IMG/VR virus record: IMGVR_UViG_3300022700_000138
Reading direction: 5' to 3' (one strand)
Length of the DNA: 64,000 nt
Source: an uncultured virus (IMG/VR IMGVR_UViG_3300022700_000138)
Taxonomy: Duplodnaviria > Heunggongvirae > Uroviricota > Caudoviricetes
In this document: in pieces, positions 18,187 to 27,978 of the stretch
How positions within the stretch are numbered: the stretch's first letter is position 1
How the letters are laid out: every line of letters starts with the position of its first letter
The notes under the pieces: generated by a model
Databases searched by the model: none
Told to the model about the DNA's origin: nothing
What the model saw: the letters and a program-made list of their open reading frames with translations, nothing else
Translations under genes and position numbers: made by a program

Positions 18187-19171
18187 TTGTTACCGGAACA
18201 GGCACATTAGTAGAGTTGACTGTAGTAGTAACCTGTTGCGGGGTGTTCGTGGGGCTAACCACGCGCTTACCTGCGCCAGCTCCCGTTGTGGGCTGCACGT
18301 CTCCCGTAACCAAGCCGATCGTCTTTGTTCCAGTATTAGCTCTTCTACCTTGAATTTTCGTAGCAACATCGGGATCAGGCGGATTTGGGGGAATTCCAGG
18401 GGTAACGGCGTTCACTGCACCTGGTGGGGCATCTAACGCTGCGTACCCCTGCGCTCTCCTAATTGCGCCCTTACTAATGACTTCCTGGCCATTTTTAACC
18501 GCCCACTCCCTCCATGCACTAGACAGCTTCTCACCACGCCAACTCCACAAAGAGGGATAAGTCCTATAACACTGGAAAGTCGCGGTCCAAGTAGCTTTAT
18601 TTCCAGAAGTCCCGTCATCTGTAAAAGATACTGGGGTGGTCCCCAACCAATAGCCTGTCATACGTAAAGTCGGGAACAACCTACTTCTATACATTATTAT
18701 ATGTCTGTTTTCTGCTTGGCCCATTAGCAAGGGCTGATCAATCATAGACAAAAATCTGTAAAAATCCTCAAGTCCTTTGGGTGGGGACGGATTTGTCAGG
18801 TACCTAGAAATCAAAGCAGGGTCTCTATACACATAAGAAGGTACCCGCGCGCTTGGGAGCAAACTACCTGATTGGAAGGTGAAAGAGACCTCAAACTCAT
18901 CGTAATAGGTGTTTCTATACCTATTTCTCCAAGTGTTACGTACAGTACCCGCCGCTGTTTTGGTAATTGTCTCTCTTCGTGGAAGACTCCATTGGGTGTT
19001 CAGCGGGTTTACATGTAAAGCTATATATTTGCCCTGGTTCAACCAATAACTGGTTGAAAGGATCATAGGGCTACGTAGATGACGAGCATCCCGCTCTGTA
19101 CTAATATCGACCTCGTCATCCGCTATATCTGCAAAAGATCGCGGAGTGATTACCTGACTTACTCTAGCCAT
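18170..19171 (-). CDS. Putative tail-tube initiator / baseplate-associated virion protein
   Basis: LHVNP...ETITKTAAG...W...F pattern resembles contractile-tail tube-initiator proteins; recalled resemblance only. Confidence 0.4.
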   Translation of the reverse strand: MARVSQVITPRSFADIADDEVDISTERDARHLRSPMILSTSYWLNQGKYIALHVNPLNTQWSLPRRETITKTAAGTVRNTWRNRYRNTYYDEFEVSFTFQSGSLLPSARVPSYVYRDPALISRYLTNPSPPKGLEDFYRFLSMIDQPLLMGQAENRHIIMYRSRLFPTLRMTGYWLGTTPVSFTDDGTSGNKATWTATFQCYRTYPSLWSWRGEKLSSAWREWAVKNGQEVISKGAIRRAQGYAALDAPPGAVNAVTPGIPPNPPDPDVATKIQGRRANTGTKTIGLVTGDVQPTTGAGAGKRVVSPTNTPQQVTTTVNSTNVPVPVTTTVNE

Positions 19172-19189
19172 CTACGTAGCCCTCTTTGC

Positions 19190-19984
19190 CTAGTCTAGGT
19201 CCATTATTGTGTTCTTTTTTGATTTGCTACTCTTTTTGCCGTCCGACTTCTTACCTGCGCGCTCTGCTAGTACAGAACGTAAATAGTTAGTAATCTGATC
19301 GAAGGATCTAAGATGGTCCATCATGTAATGAAGATCTTCATCGGTTAGCCCGTCTTTGTCCATAGCCTTCAGGTCCATCAAATAATCTTTTTTCAGATCC
19401 GGATTTTCGAGCAGATCACTTACCATCTGCTGAATCTTGGGTGTGATGGTCACTGAGTCTGCAACTCTGAGAGCCTCCTGTGAATTTACTTCTTCTACGT
19501 CAAAAGCAGATTCCTCTTGGAGATTACGCATAAAGTCGCCTGCGGTCATTTCACTTTCGTCAAAGTGACTGACTGCGTCGGTCATACGACTTCCGCCACT
19601 CTTGACCCTGAAATCTGGCTTCTTCTTTCCAGGACGTTGACGCCGACGCTCCAGTTTAGAAAAGGCATGGCGGACCGATGCCTGTACCTCAGGGTCCTTC
19701 AGAATGGAGTTTGCCTTATCTGGAGGAACTAGCTCTAAAACACCCCGGTTAATTAGATCCACAAAATCCTGGCTCGCTGGAATCGCTTCTGGTGGGGCGA
19801 CACGCTGAGAGAGATTTACTGGATAGGGCATCGGTGGAAGTTTCACAGTAGAACTACGACCACCGGCAGGGTTACGGAACTCCAGCATCAATAAGTGCGG
19901 CTTACCCAAAACCTTAGCACTACGATTGATTACGTAAATAGGGACGTTCTTTTCTACCATCTCTTGTAAGTTGGAAAATGCCAT
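19190..19984 (-). CDS. Hypothetical protein
   Basis: 264-aa ORF with GAGGAG SD; no recognised motif. Confidence 0.7.
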   Translation of the reverse strand: MAFSNLQEMVEKNVPIYVINRSAKVLGKPHLLMLEFRNPAGGRSSTVKLPPMPYPVNLSQRVAPPEAIPASQDFVDLINRGVLELVPPDKANSILKDPEVQASVRHAFSKLERRRQRPGKKKPDFRVKSGGSRMTDAVSHFDESEMTAGDFMRNLQEESAFDVEEVNSQEALRVADSVTITPKIQQMVSDLLENPDLKKDYLMDLKAMDKDGLTDEDLHYMMDHLRSFDQITNYLRSVLAERAGKKSDGKKSSKSKKNTIMDLD

Positions 19985-20008
19985 CTTCTTCTCCTCTTCC
20001 CTCTTTTC

Positions 20009-21202
20009 CTAACGAATTCCGACAGATGTCAGTAAAGTACTTACATCGTACGGAGAACCAAATCCCCACCCATCCACACGCCATACACGCTGAGTGAATC
20101 TCCAGTTCTTCGGACGAACACCAACAAAACCAGGTCCGTGAGCTTGACGATAAATATGCTGCTTACTCTCAGCAAAACGGTTTAGTAGATCATTGATGTT
20201 ACCTAGGACCCCGCTATAATCGTGGTTGTAATTCAACGTAACAGTTTGGCCGCCATGGTCAAAGTTTAATTCAATCTCCATAACCTGTTGCGCAGTAAGT
20301 GCCCAAATAGCAGAAAATAATAATACAGCGTCTATTACACCCCTAGAGTGTTTAATCGGGATGCTTCCTAACGTCCAATTTGTGGTGGGTTGGACAACAT
20401 TCGCCATATCCACCCCACGAATTAAGTATTCATATATATCACTGTCATGGTAGCTCTGGATCCATCCGACTCGCTTCTGCAGCTTATCAATAAGTATTCG
20501 CATCGGTTGCAGAAGCCTCCAAAACTGCATTTCCGGAACACGAAGTAACTGCTGAATATTTTCCTCCACAGAAATCATACTCTCTCTAATTTTCCAAAAC
20601 ACTAGGTATTCCCCAATGCCCAATGGCTCAGTATCGAAAAAATAAATGTAGCGACCACCGTCATCTTTTGTTTCCGCGATTTTACGATGAACTACAGGGG
20701 TGTCGATCGTTGCCTCTTTTAGATCCTTGGTAGTATTACAGGTGCTGAAAAGTAGCTTGTCGCTATTATCTAAAATATCCAATCCTACAGACTCGGGTTT
20801 GTTCTCCAAACGCAGAATCAAACGTTCTGTGGTCCCCAGTCTGGTGAGGTAGGTCCACTTGCGCTGATCGGCATCGGGGTCAACCTGAGATATTACAGAA
20901 AAGTTCTGTACACTCTGTTTATTATTGTTGGTAATCGTAACAAAGAACCACTCAATGGACCATTCCCGATCCGCTGTGTTTATCTCCGCATCCTCTGGAA
21001 CATACCAGTTGAACGCATATTTGCCTTTTCCCAAGGGGCGGCCAACGCCACTAGTCACAGCCATACCGTCTGGATCTTTAATGACCACAGTAGGTTGGGA
21101 AGAGGGGTCATCTGCCACCAAAGGGACACCATCGACATCTGTGAAGGTGGCCTCAAATTCTGCCGTGGTTAATCGAGCTACCTGCATTGCGACACCATAC
21201 AA
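20009..21202 (-). CDS. Putative neck / head-tail adaptor protein with Ig-like N-terminus
   Basis: Beta-rich N-terminus (GKYAFNWYVP) and C-terminal YHDSDIYEYL...NFDHGGQTVTL resembling large-phage adaptor proteins. Confidence 0.45.
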   Translation of the reverse strand: MYGVAMQVARLTTAEFEATFTDVDGVPLVADDPSSQPTVVIKDPDGMAVTSGVGRPLGKGKYAFNWYVPEDAEINTADREWSIEWFFVTITNNNKQSVQNFSVISQVDPDADQRKWTYLTRLGTTERLILRLENKPESVGLDILDNSDKLLFSTCNTTKDLKEATIDTPVVHRKIAETKDDGGRYIYFFDTEPLGIGEYLVFWKIRESMISVEENIQQLLRVPEMQFWRLLQPMRILIDKLQKRVGWIQSYHDSDIYEYLIRGVDMANVVQPTTNWTLGSIPIKHSRGVIDAVLLFSAIWALTAQQVMEIELNFDHGGQTVTLNYNHDYSGVLGNINDLLNRFAESKQHIYRQAHGPGFVGVRPKNWRFTQRVWRVDGWGFGSPYDVSTLLTSVGIR

Positions 21203-21220
21203 CCGAAATGATTACCTATC

Positions 21221-21262
21221 TATAGAGTAACAAGAAACGTCGAAAATGAAGTTACTTCTATA
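21221..21262. promoter_or_regulatory. Divergent pair of GTTACT(T)CTATA motifs, candidate late promoters
   Basis: GTTACTCTATA on the minus strand (21221-21231) and GTTACTTCTATA on the plus strand (21251-21262); GTTACTCTAT also at 15251-15260. Confidence 0.45.
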
Positions 21263-21302
21263 TGAGGGGTTACGCTGAAAATTCGGCATTTACGGAGAAC
21301 TC

Positions 21303-22238
21303 TTGCCTACAAACAGCTACAAACCATCAGAAGGCTTTCATATCGACGATGGGGCGGAAGTCCTACGGGGGCACGCGCATCGCATTGCCAAAGACCAACT
21401 ATTGCCGCGCATCGCATTACGCAATCAAATTGCGGTGGAAACCATACCGACCAAATTCTATTACTTCCAAGCATTAAGAGGCGGTAGAAGGTGCAGTTGC
21501 TATGATATAAGCGTAAGTCCATCCGAGGCTTGTAGTGCATGTTTCGGAACTGGGACCGTAGGCGGCTACGAAAAGTACGGAACACATACAGAAATAGTAG
21601 ATACAACGGCACCAAACGTAAAAACAACAAATGTTGTACCGGATTATTCTAAAGATACCGCACCAAAAAGATTTGCCCTGATAGACGGCGCAAGGTATGG
21701 AGCTTTAGAAACAAGAATACAGATCGGATCCAACATTGGTACGGTAGATAGACTAACTTCCTCGTTCTACATACAGCCCGGAAACGACCTCGCGGCATGG
21801 ACTAAGGGCCCAGCAGATGCAGACTACGTTGCACTCAATTATGACAACTTAAAACCGCGTCTAGGCAATCCATGGTTGGACATAAAAATAGAATTCACAA
21901 GATCTTCACCCGAGAATGAGTCACCATACCTTGATAGCTTGTATATACGCTGGCAGACTAAAAAGGACAATTTAATTACCTTAAACATACCAAGATCAGA
22001 AAAAAGTACAATGCTAGAAGATCTCGGCATAATGGATAATTGGGAGCTTCAGAATTTTTATCTAGATAATACAATAAAATCGGTAACCACAGATGATTTC
22101 CTGGTTTCTGAAACGGGGAACACCGTACTCAAAATAGTAGGGAGCAAAGAGTTCGCTCCTCAAGGGTTCCTGACAAGCTGGGACATACAGGTCCGGTTAG
22201 TACAGTCGCATGAATCATATGCCGACGTGCCAAGATAG
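21303..22238 (+). CDS. Putative head-closure / neck protein
   Basis: CSC...CSACFGTGTVGGY motif resembling large-myophage head-completion proteins. Confidence 0.5.
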   Translation: MPTNSYKPSEGFHIDDGAEVLRGHAHRIAKDQLLPRIALRNQIAVETIPTKFYYFQALRGGRRCSCYDISVSPSEACSACFGTGTVGGYEKYGTHTEIVDTTAPNVKTTNVVPDYSKDTAPKRFALIDGARYGALETRIQIGSNIGTVDRLTSSFYIQPGNDLAAWTKGPADADYVALNYDNLKPRLGNPWLDIKIEFTRSSPENESPYLDSLYIRWQTKKDNLITLNIPRSEKSTMLEDLGIMDNWELQNFYLDNTIKSVTTDDFLVSETGNTVLKIVGSKEFAPQGFLTSWDIQVRLVQSHESYADVPR

Positions 22239-22247
22239 GAAGACAAA

Positions 22248-22871
22248 ATGCTACAGATACAGAACAGCAGCAAATTTGGAATCTCCGTAAAGACCAGCGA
22301 TAGCGGAGGGTCAGGAAGACCGAACGTACTGAAACTACGGCCCAACAGTATTGAATTCATGATGAAGCAAGAATTGAGTAGCTGGCCAACCGGTGCAAAA
22401 GAAGACCTAGCACGCTACGCACAAATGGGGACGGTAGTAGTAAAAGAGTTAGATAGAGTACACGAAGGACCAGATAAAACAGCAAAACTAGATTTCTACC
22501 CGGAGACGCTAGACGCAGCTATAAACTTTGGAATTGAACTACAAGAAGACTATAACACGCACGTACTCTCCGAAGTGTACCATACACCCGCCGGAACGAA
22601 TATCTCTACCGTTGTAGCCCCAACAAACTTGTCCAGTCTTATAACTCTAATAAGCGATATCCGGTCATCACTCAATGCACACGTAGCAAACACGACACCA
22701 CACTTGAACGCAGATACACAATTTTCGGCGAACACAAACGTGCTAACAACCCTACGCGAGAGTATCGACGCCCTACGACAGCTAAACAATGCACTCGACG
22801 GCCATAAAGAGGCAATAGTACCCAACGCAACACCCCCCGTGTTAACTCCCGTCCAGATCATCACGTACTAA
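22248..22871 (+). CDS. Hypothetical (possibly virion) protein
   Basis: 207-aa ORF in the operon, with repeated helical NxH units. Confidence 0.6.
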   Translation: MLQIQNSSKFGISVKTSDSGGSGRPNVLKLRPNSIEFMMKQELSSWPTGAKEDLARYAQMGTVVVKELDRVHEGPDKTAKLDFYPETLDAAINFGIELQEDYNTHVLSEVYHTPAGTNISTVVAPTNLSSLITLISDIRSSLNAHVANTTPHLNADTQFSANTNVLTTLRESIDALRQLNNALDGHKEAIVPNATPPVLTPVQIITY

Positions 22872-22880
22872 CAACTCGCC

Positions 22881-23441
22881 ATGATCGATATTAAAGAGTC
22901 GAAAGAAAATTACCGTGTCCTTGGCTGTGACCCAGGAAGATTTAACTTCGGCTGGGCAATTTATGGAGACTACGGTCTAGAAGAGTACGGGGTACTGGAA
23001 GGCGCAGAAAGCGTAGAAAAGCTAGAAGCGTTCGCCGCACGGTTCGAGAATCTACTTATCAAAAAGAAACCGGACGCCTGTGCACTAGAAAGATTCCACC
23101 AACGACCAGGTAAAGGAGCGGTAAAGAATCTAGAAGTGGTGAATCTTATGATTGGTGAAGCGCTGATTATCTGCCGGTTCCACCGAGTACATGCAGAACT
23201 TTACACCGCGTCGGCACACAAAAGGTGGACTTCCGACAATTTCGACGTCAAGAAATCAACAAGGAAAAGATCCGGAAAGATAAGTAAAAAGTATGAACTC
23301 GCTACTTACAAAGAGTGGGTGGACATCGGTAACGAGCATGCTGTGGACGCGGCCAACATTGCCAAGTACGCACATGACTACACGCTACTCGACCTAAGAG
23401 ATGGATGGAATCAAGGAGAACTGCACCATGAAACCGCGTGA
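22881..23441 (+). CDS. ruvC: RuvC-like Holliday junction resolvase
   Basis: VLGCDPG..NFGWAI, ALERF, NEHAVDAANIA acidic catalytic pattern. Confidence 0.85.
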   Translation: MIDIKESKENYRVLGCDPGRFNFGWAIYGDYGLEEYGVLEGAESVEKLEAFAARFENLLIKKKPDACALERFHQRPGKGAVKNLEVVNLMIGEALIICRFHRVHAELYTASAHKRWTSDNFDVKKSTRKRSGKISKKYELATYKEWVDIGNEHAVDAANIAKYAHDYTLLDLRDGWNQGELHHETA

Positions 23442-23997
23442 GATGAAACGACTGAAAAATCCAGAAATGCCAATTAACAAGAAAGTATACAAAGGTGTCC
23501 CTGTTGCAGGATTTGCCAACACGAATACGCCACAAAAAGACAACCCCGTCATGCAGAAACAGTTGTCCGAAGTACAGACTGCACTTACAGAGGCTAAATC
23601 GGAGCTGGAAGGGCAGAAAGACAAAATCACCGACCTGAAAAACAAGCTAGAAGAAGCTAAAAAGCACCTGGAAACTGAAAAGCAGAAGAGGCAGCAGGAA
23701 CAAGAAGAATCTGCAGATCTCTTGAACAGCAAGACAAGAGCGGAAGAGGCTGTCAAGCAAGCCGAGACCAGAATCAAAGAATTAGAAGAATCCGCTACAG
23801 ACACACCAAAGCTGGAAGAGATTAAGATAGCCAAAATTAAAAAGTCGAAGGTAGCAGATGGAAAAATTATGCTGCTATGCGAGCTGCGTTTGTCCCCCAC
23901 ACCGTTCGGCGATGAGGAAGCCGTGGTGTTACTGAACAAGGCAGAAGCCAGGAAAATAGCCAAAATCGGAGAGGGTAATGGCGGATCGAAATCCTAG
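23428..23997 (+). CDS. Coiled-coil hypothetical protein
   Basis: AAGGAG SD before ATG 23428; long heptad region. Confidence 0.7.
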   Translation: MKPREMKRLKNPEMPINKKVYKGVPVAGFANTNTPQKDNPVMQKQLSEVQTALTEAKSELEGQKDKITDLKNKLEEAKKHLETEKQKRQQEQEESADLLNSKTRAEEAVKQAETRIKELEESATDTPKLEEIKIAKIKKSKVADGKIMLLCELRLSPTPFGDEEAVVLLNKAEARKIAKIGEGNGGSKS

Positions 23998-24169
23998 CAC
24001 GAAACAAGAACAAGAACAGACTAAAGACCTTCTACCAGGAGTAACCCCACAAACCTGCCCACACTGTGGAACACCACAACTAAAACGTACCAATTTCCGT
24101 ACCGGGTCTGTACAACACCCTGGACATGAGATGTACGTTTGCCAAAACTGCGGTATGAAAACCCAATAG
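23978..24169 (+). CDS. Small Zn-ribbon protein
   Basis: CPHCG...CQNCG; GGAGAGG SD. Confidence 0.7.
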   Translation: MADRNPSTKQEQEQTKDLLPGVTPQTCPHCGTPQLKRTNFRTGSVQHPGHEMYVCQNCGMKTQ

Positions 24170-24174
24170 ATCCA

Positions 24175-24299
24175 ATCCTGTAAACAAGAAGGGTGGGCCA
24201 GGCCCGCGAGCTTAAGCTCGCGGGATTACCTACCCCTTTCCCAAGACGACCGAGCTTACCTTTTTGGTAAGATATTTTGGTAAGATATCAGGAGATCAC
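24175..24299 (+). promoter_or_regulatory. Promoter-like motif plus structured 5' leader of nrdJ
   Basis: ATCCTGTAAACA 24175-24186; perfect 22-bp palindrome 24203-24224; 13-bp direct repeat 24262-24287; SD AGGAG 24290-24294. Confidence 0.6.
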
Positions 24300-27035
24300 A
24301 TGAAGGACTACCAAGAACGAATCCAGCTGGACCGCTACGCAATGAAGGATCCGAACGCAGTAGTAGAATCTGGAGATCTTGTAATAGTATCCTTACAACG
24401 CAAGTTCGAACGTGATGGGCGTGATGGGGAATCCAGAGAAGTCGGGATAGTAAAGCATGTCACCACAGTAGATGGAAGCAAAAAATACACCCTAGATCTC
24501 GTAGATAGGACCAAACCAGAGGACAACTGGGAGAGGATAGAAGGCGTCGAACGATGGCAGTTGGAAGTACTAATCGAAAAATCGTACAAAGATATCTGCA
24601 AACGTGTGGCTGAAGCCGTCGCAAACGGCGACAAGAAACTCGGACGTAAAATTTTCAAGTGTATGAAAGAAGAAAAGTTCGTACCAGCAGGACGTATCTT
24701 GGCTGGGGCTGGCCGTACGGATCTGGATCTCACCCTGTTTAACTGCTATGTGTTCCCTCCCCCGCATGATTCGCGGCAAGGAATTGCCAAGCACTGGGGA
24801 TTACTATTTGACACCTTTAGTCGTGGAGGTGGAGTAGGCTGGGATAACAGCAGCCACCGACCAAAAGGTGCAATTGTTAGAAAAGTAAATGGACGGAGTA
24901 GTGGTGTGGTAAGCTGGATGGAACAATACTCGCAGATAACGGGTGCCGTAGAACAAGGCGGAAGCAGAAGGGGTGCCGCACTAATGGGCCTGTGGTGTTG
25001 GCATCCTGATATCGAGGAATTCATAAAAGCCAAGTCTCTTCGCGAAGAGTTTGAGGTAAACGGACAAAGAATAAGTCGCAATAAGAACCTCATAAAAAAC
25101 GCCAACGTTTCTGTCCTCATATCTGACGACTTTATGCAAGCAGTTAAAGACGACGCAGATTGGGACTTGGTGTTTCCAAATCTAGAAGACCCTGACTATG
25201 ATTCCGAGTGGAATGGGGACATTGAAGAATGGAAAGCTAAGGGTAAAAGAGTAGACGTGTACAAGACCGTTAGGGCTCGCCATCTATGGAACCTAATTAC
25301 CCAGAAGGCATGGGAATCGGGGGAACCGGGGTTACTGTTTATTGAAAGGGCAAACAAAGAAAGCAACAGCTATTACTACAGTAAAATTAGCTGTACAAAC
25401 CCCTGCGGTGAGCAGAGCCTCCCCTCCTGGTCAATATGCAACCTAGGACACCTGTGCCTGCCGCGCTTTATCCTAGCAAGTAAAGCTGACCAGCAATTCC
25501 CAGAACAAGAAAGTACAGACGCACAAGCTGCCGGGTTAATTGACTGGGATGAGCTAGGAAATGCCATCATTACGGGGGTAAAATTTCTAGACAATGTGGT
25601 GGACCTTAATAAATACCATCACCCAAAAATAGAAGAACAGCAAAAGAAGGAGCGGAGAATAGGTTTAGGAATTCTGGGTTATGGAGAGCTATTAATACGT
25701 TTGGGCCTAAGATATGGATCGCCAGAAGCTATTAAGTTTACCGACAGACTATTCGAATTCATAGCGGTTACTTCCTATACAGAATCGATAAACTTGGCAC
25801 AAGAACGTGGGCCATTCCCTGCATTCGACAGTTCCCAATTCGTTAATTCCAAATTTGTGCAGAACTTTTCTGGTCTACTAATTGACCGCATACGCCGGTA
25901 TGGAATCCGCAACGTTACAATAAATACTGTAGCACCCACTGGAAGCGTCGGCACCATGTTGGATACCACCACAGGCATCGAACCGTATTTTCTCGCCAAG
26001 TGGGTAGCACGCAGCCGCATTGGTGTGGCCGAAGAAGAAGCTGGCGTTTTTTCAATTCTACAAGAAAAGTTTGGTGAAAATATCCCAAAATACTTTGTTA
26101 CAACAAAAGACATCACCCCGAAAGAACACGTGGAAACACAGGCAGCAGCGCAAAAGTGGATAGACTCCAGTGTATCAAAAACAATCAACCTACCAAACAG
26201 TGCAACGGTAGAAGATGTCGCAGAAGCTTATATGCTTTTGTATGACAAAGGTTGCAAAGGGGGCACGGTTTACCGAAATGGAAGTCGGGATCAACAAGTA
26301 CTCTATTACACAGAAGACAGCAATGACAACAATAGAGAAAAAACAATAGTACCTGCTGACGGGATTCCGGTGGAGGTTGTTACCGACGACTACAAAAACG
26401 GAAACGGGGTAGGACTCAGACCCAAGATTGACGCTGGACTAAGCGTCACAATTAGCCAAGAGACGCCGGTAGACCGAGTACATGGAACGATCCGATTCCA
26501 TCCGGAAACAGGGGAACCGTATGACGTATTCATTACCAGCGGAAAAGGAGATGTCGCTGCCGACGCACAAGCTTTAGGCAGATTAATATCAGTAATACTT
26601 AGATGGCCAGACGGACAGTCCGTCCCACAGCCTATGCGTCTAGAAATTATCCGAGACCAATTACACCGAATTCCGGGAAGAGGCCAAGCCGGGTTCGGAC
26701 GGGAGGCTACAGTCTCTATGCCAGATGGTGTGTCGAAAATAGTGGCTAGGTACTTAGAGGGGGACTATACACTGTCCGCACTGCCTATGGGCATTAAGCA
26801 ATCAGAGGCGTTCATAGAAAGCTTGGACGACAGCAAGCTGCGCGAAACGTTCAGGGAAATGGTAACTCCAACACCAGAAGAATGCATGGAATTACTTGAA
26901 GCAGATGACCCACCGGTAAGGGTCGAAGATATAGACGCCCCACTCGACATCTGCCCTAAATGTAAAGACGCGGGGTTTGTAGACATTCCAGGACATTGCC
27001 CATACTGCATTTATTGCGGCTACACACACTGCTGA
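24300..27035 (+). CDS. nrdJ: Class II (adenosylcobalamin-dependent) ribonucleotide reductase with C-terminal TSCPD-like/Zn-ribbon domains
   Basis: PAGRIL, LFNCYV, GGGVG, QGGSRRGA, NANVSV, GEPG, TNPCGEQ, CNLG, RRIGLG, VAPTGS, SVSKTIN, KGGTVYR, C-terminal CPKC...CPYCIYC. No adjacent beta subunit. Confidence 0.93.
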   Translation: MKDYQERIQLDRYAMKDPNAVVESGDLVIVSLQRKFERDGRDGESREVGIVKHVTTVDGSKKYTLDLVDRTKPEDNWERIEGVERWQLEVLIEKSYKDICKRVAEAVANGDKKLGRKIFKCMKEEKFVPAGRILAGAGRTDLDLTLFNCYVFPPPHDSRQGIAKHWGLLFDTFSRGGGVGWDNSSHRPKGAIVRKVNGRSSGVVSWMEQYSQITGAVEQGGSRRGAALMGLWCWHPDIEEFIKAKSLREEFEVNGQRISRNKNLIKNANVSVLISDDFMQAVKDDADWDLVFPNLEDPDYDSEWNGDIEEWKAKGKRVDVYKTVRARHLWNLITQKAWESGEPGLLFIERANKESNSYYYSKISCTNPCGEQSLPSWSICNLGHLCLPRFILASKADQQFPEQESTDAQAAGLIDWDELGNAIITGVKFLDNVVDLNKYHHPKIEEQQKKERRIGLGILGYGELLIRLGLRYGSPEAIKFTDRLFEFIAVTSYTESINLAQERGPFPAFDSSQFVNSKFVQNFSGLLIDRIRRYGIRNVTINTVAPTGSVGTMLDTTTGIEPYFLAKWVARSRIGVAEEEAGVFSILQEKFGENIPKYFVTTKDITPKEHVETQAAAQKWIDSSVSKTINLPNSATVEDVAEAYMLLYDKGCKGGTVYRNGSRDQQVLYYTEDSNDNNREKTIVPADGIPVEVVTDDYKNGNGVGLRPKIDAGLSVTISQETPVDRVHGTIRFHPETGEPYDVFITSGKGDVAADAQALGRLISVILRWPDGQSVPQPMRLEIIRDQLHRIPGRGQAGFGREATVSMPDGVSKIVARYLEGDYTLSALPMGIKQSEAFIESLDDSKLRETFREMVTPTPEECMELLEADDPPVRVEDIDAPLDICPKCKDAGFVDIPGHCPYCIYCGYTHC

Positions 27036-27045
27036 GGAGACCACC

Positions 27046-27978
27046 ATGCAACGAACACAGCACGTTTTCAGAAAGTATAACAAAAAAGATTTTGAGGCAG
27101 TAGTCGCAGGAACCAGGGCTTTCGATGTCTGCTTAGAAACCGACGACTTGACTTTGGAGGTCGGTGACTTAATCACTTTCCAAGAGGTAGATCGCGAAGG
27201 GAAGCTAACTGGGCAAGAGATCACAAAAAAGATCAGCCAAAGGGTCTCCACGCGACGAAGAGATGGAAGCTCAGGTATCCCCAAAGAAGCAGAAGATGCC
27301 GGACTAGCCATACTAGGATTTGTCCCTTCTGAAATGCAGACATTAAAATCTATCTATGATTATGGATATACCGTAAACTTAGTGATAGATAAAGAGAAAG
27401 AAGGAAAAGAATACTTCATTGTTGAAGGACCACACTATGCACCAATTATCTCCTGCCCGGACTTGATCCAGGGAGAGCTGCTAGAACATCTAAAAATAGA
27501 AAAGTGGCCAGTTGGCCGATATTCGATAACACTGATGGTAAGACTAGAAATGGAAGACAGCGACGACTTACAAGATGCTGTCCCACAATTATATATTGCA
27601 GACGCGCTGATACTGGTAGCGGTAGAAGATGAAGAGGAGCAGTCTAGTTTTCTTCTCGAAGAGCTAGACATCATTCCTCTAAGGGATGGAAAGCTAATAA
27701 ACTTAGAAGGTGAACTGATCGAACCGCTAGCTCCTAGTGAAGTAGAAGACATAATAATAGACGGGCTAGAGGATGATCCCGAAGAAGAACAAAGTAGAGA
27801 AGAAATAGAAAAGATGATGGAAGAGTTCCGTCGTCAGGAAAGAGAGATAGGCGTACAAGGAAACGCAGAGATCGATCAGATGGCCAAAAAATATGGGCTA
27901 AAAGAACCACCAGAGCTAGACCTGCACCCAGACGACGATGTTGAAGGGTTTGTGGATAGCGAGGAGGAGGCGTACTAA
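27046..27978 (+). CDS. DUF3850/ASCH (PUA-like) domain protein with acidic C-terminus
   Basis: FEAVVAGTRAFDV...LEVGDLITFQEVD.EGKLTGQEI N-terminal pattern. Confidence 0.7.
   Translation: MQRTQHVFRKYNKKDFEAVVAGTRAFDVCLETDDLTLEVGDLITFQEVDREGKLTGQEITKKISQRVSTRRRDGSSGIPKEAEDAGLAILGFVPSEMQTLKSIYDYGYTVNLVIDKEKEGKEYFIVEGPHYAPIISCPDLIQGELLEHLKIEKWPVGRYSITLMVRLEMEDSDDLQDAVPQLYIADALILVAVEDEEEQSSFLLEELDIIPLRDGKLINLEGELIEPLAPSEVEDIIIDGLEDDPEEEQSREEIEKMMEEFRRQEREIGVQGNAEIDQMAKKYGLKEPPELDLHPDDDVEGFVDSEEEAY

Noticed and set aside
24170..24299. Cobalamin riboswitch or NrdR box before nrdJ
   Set aside because: The consensus elements were not recognisable by eye; kept only as an unclassified structure.
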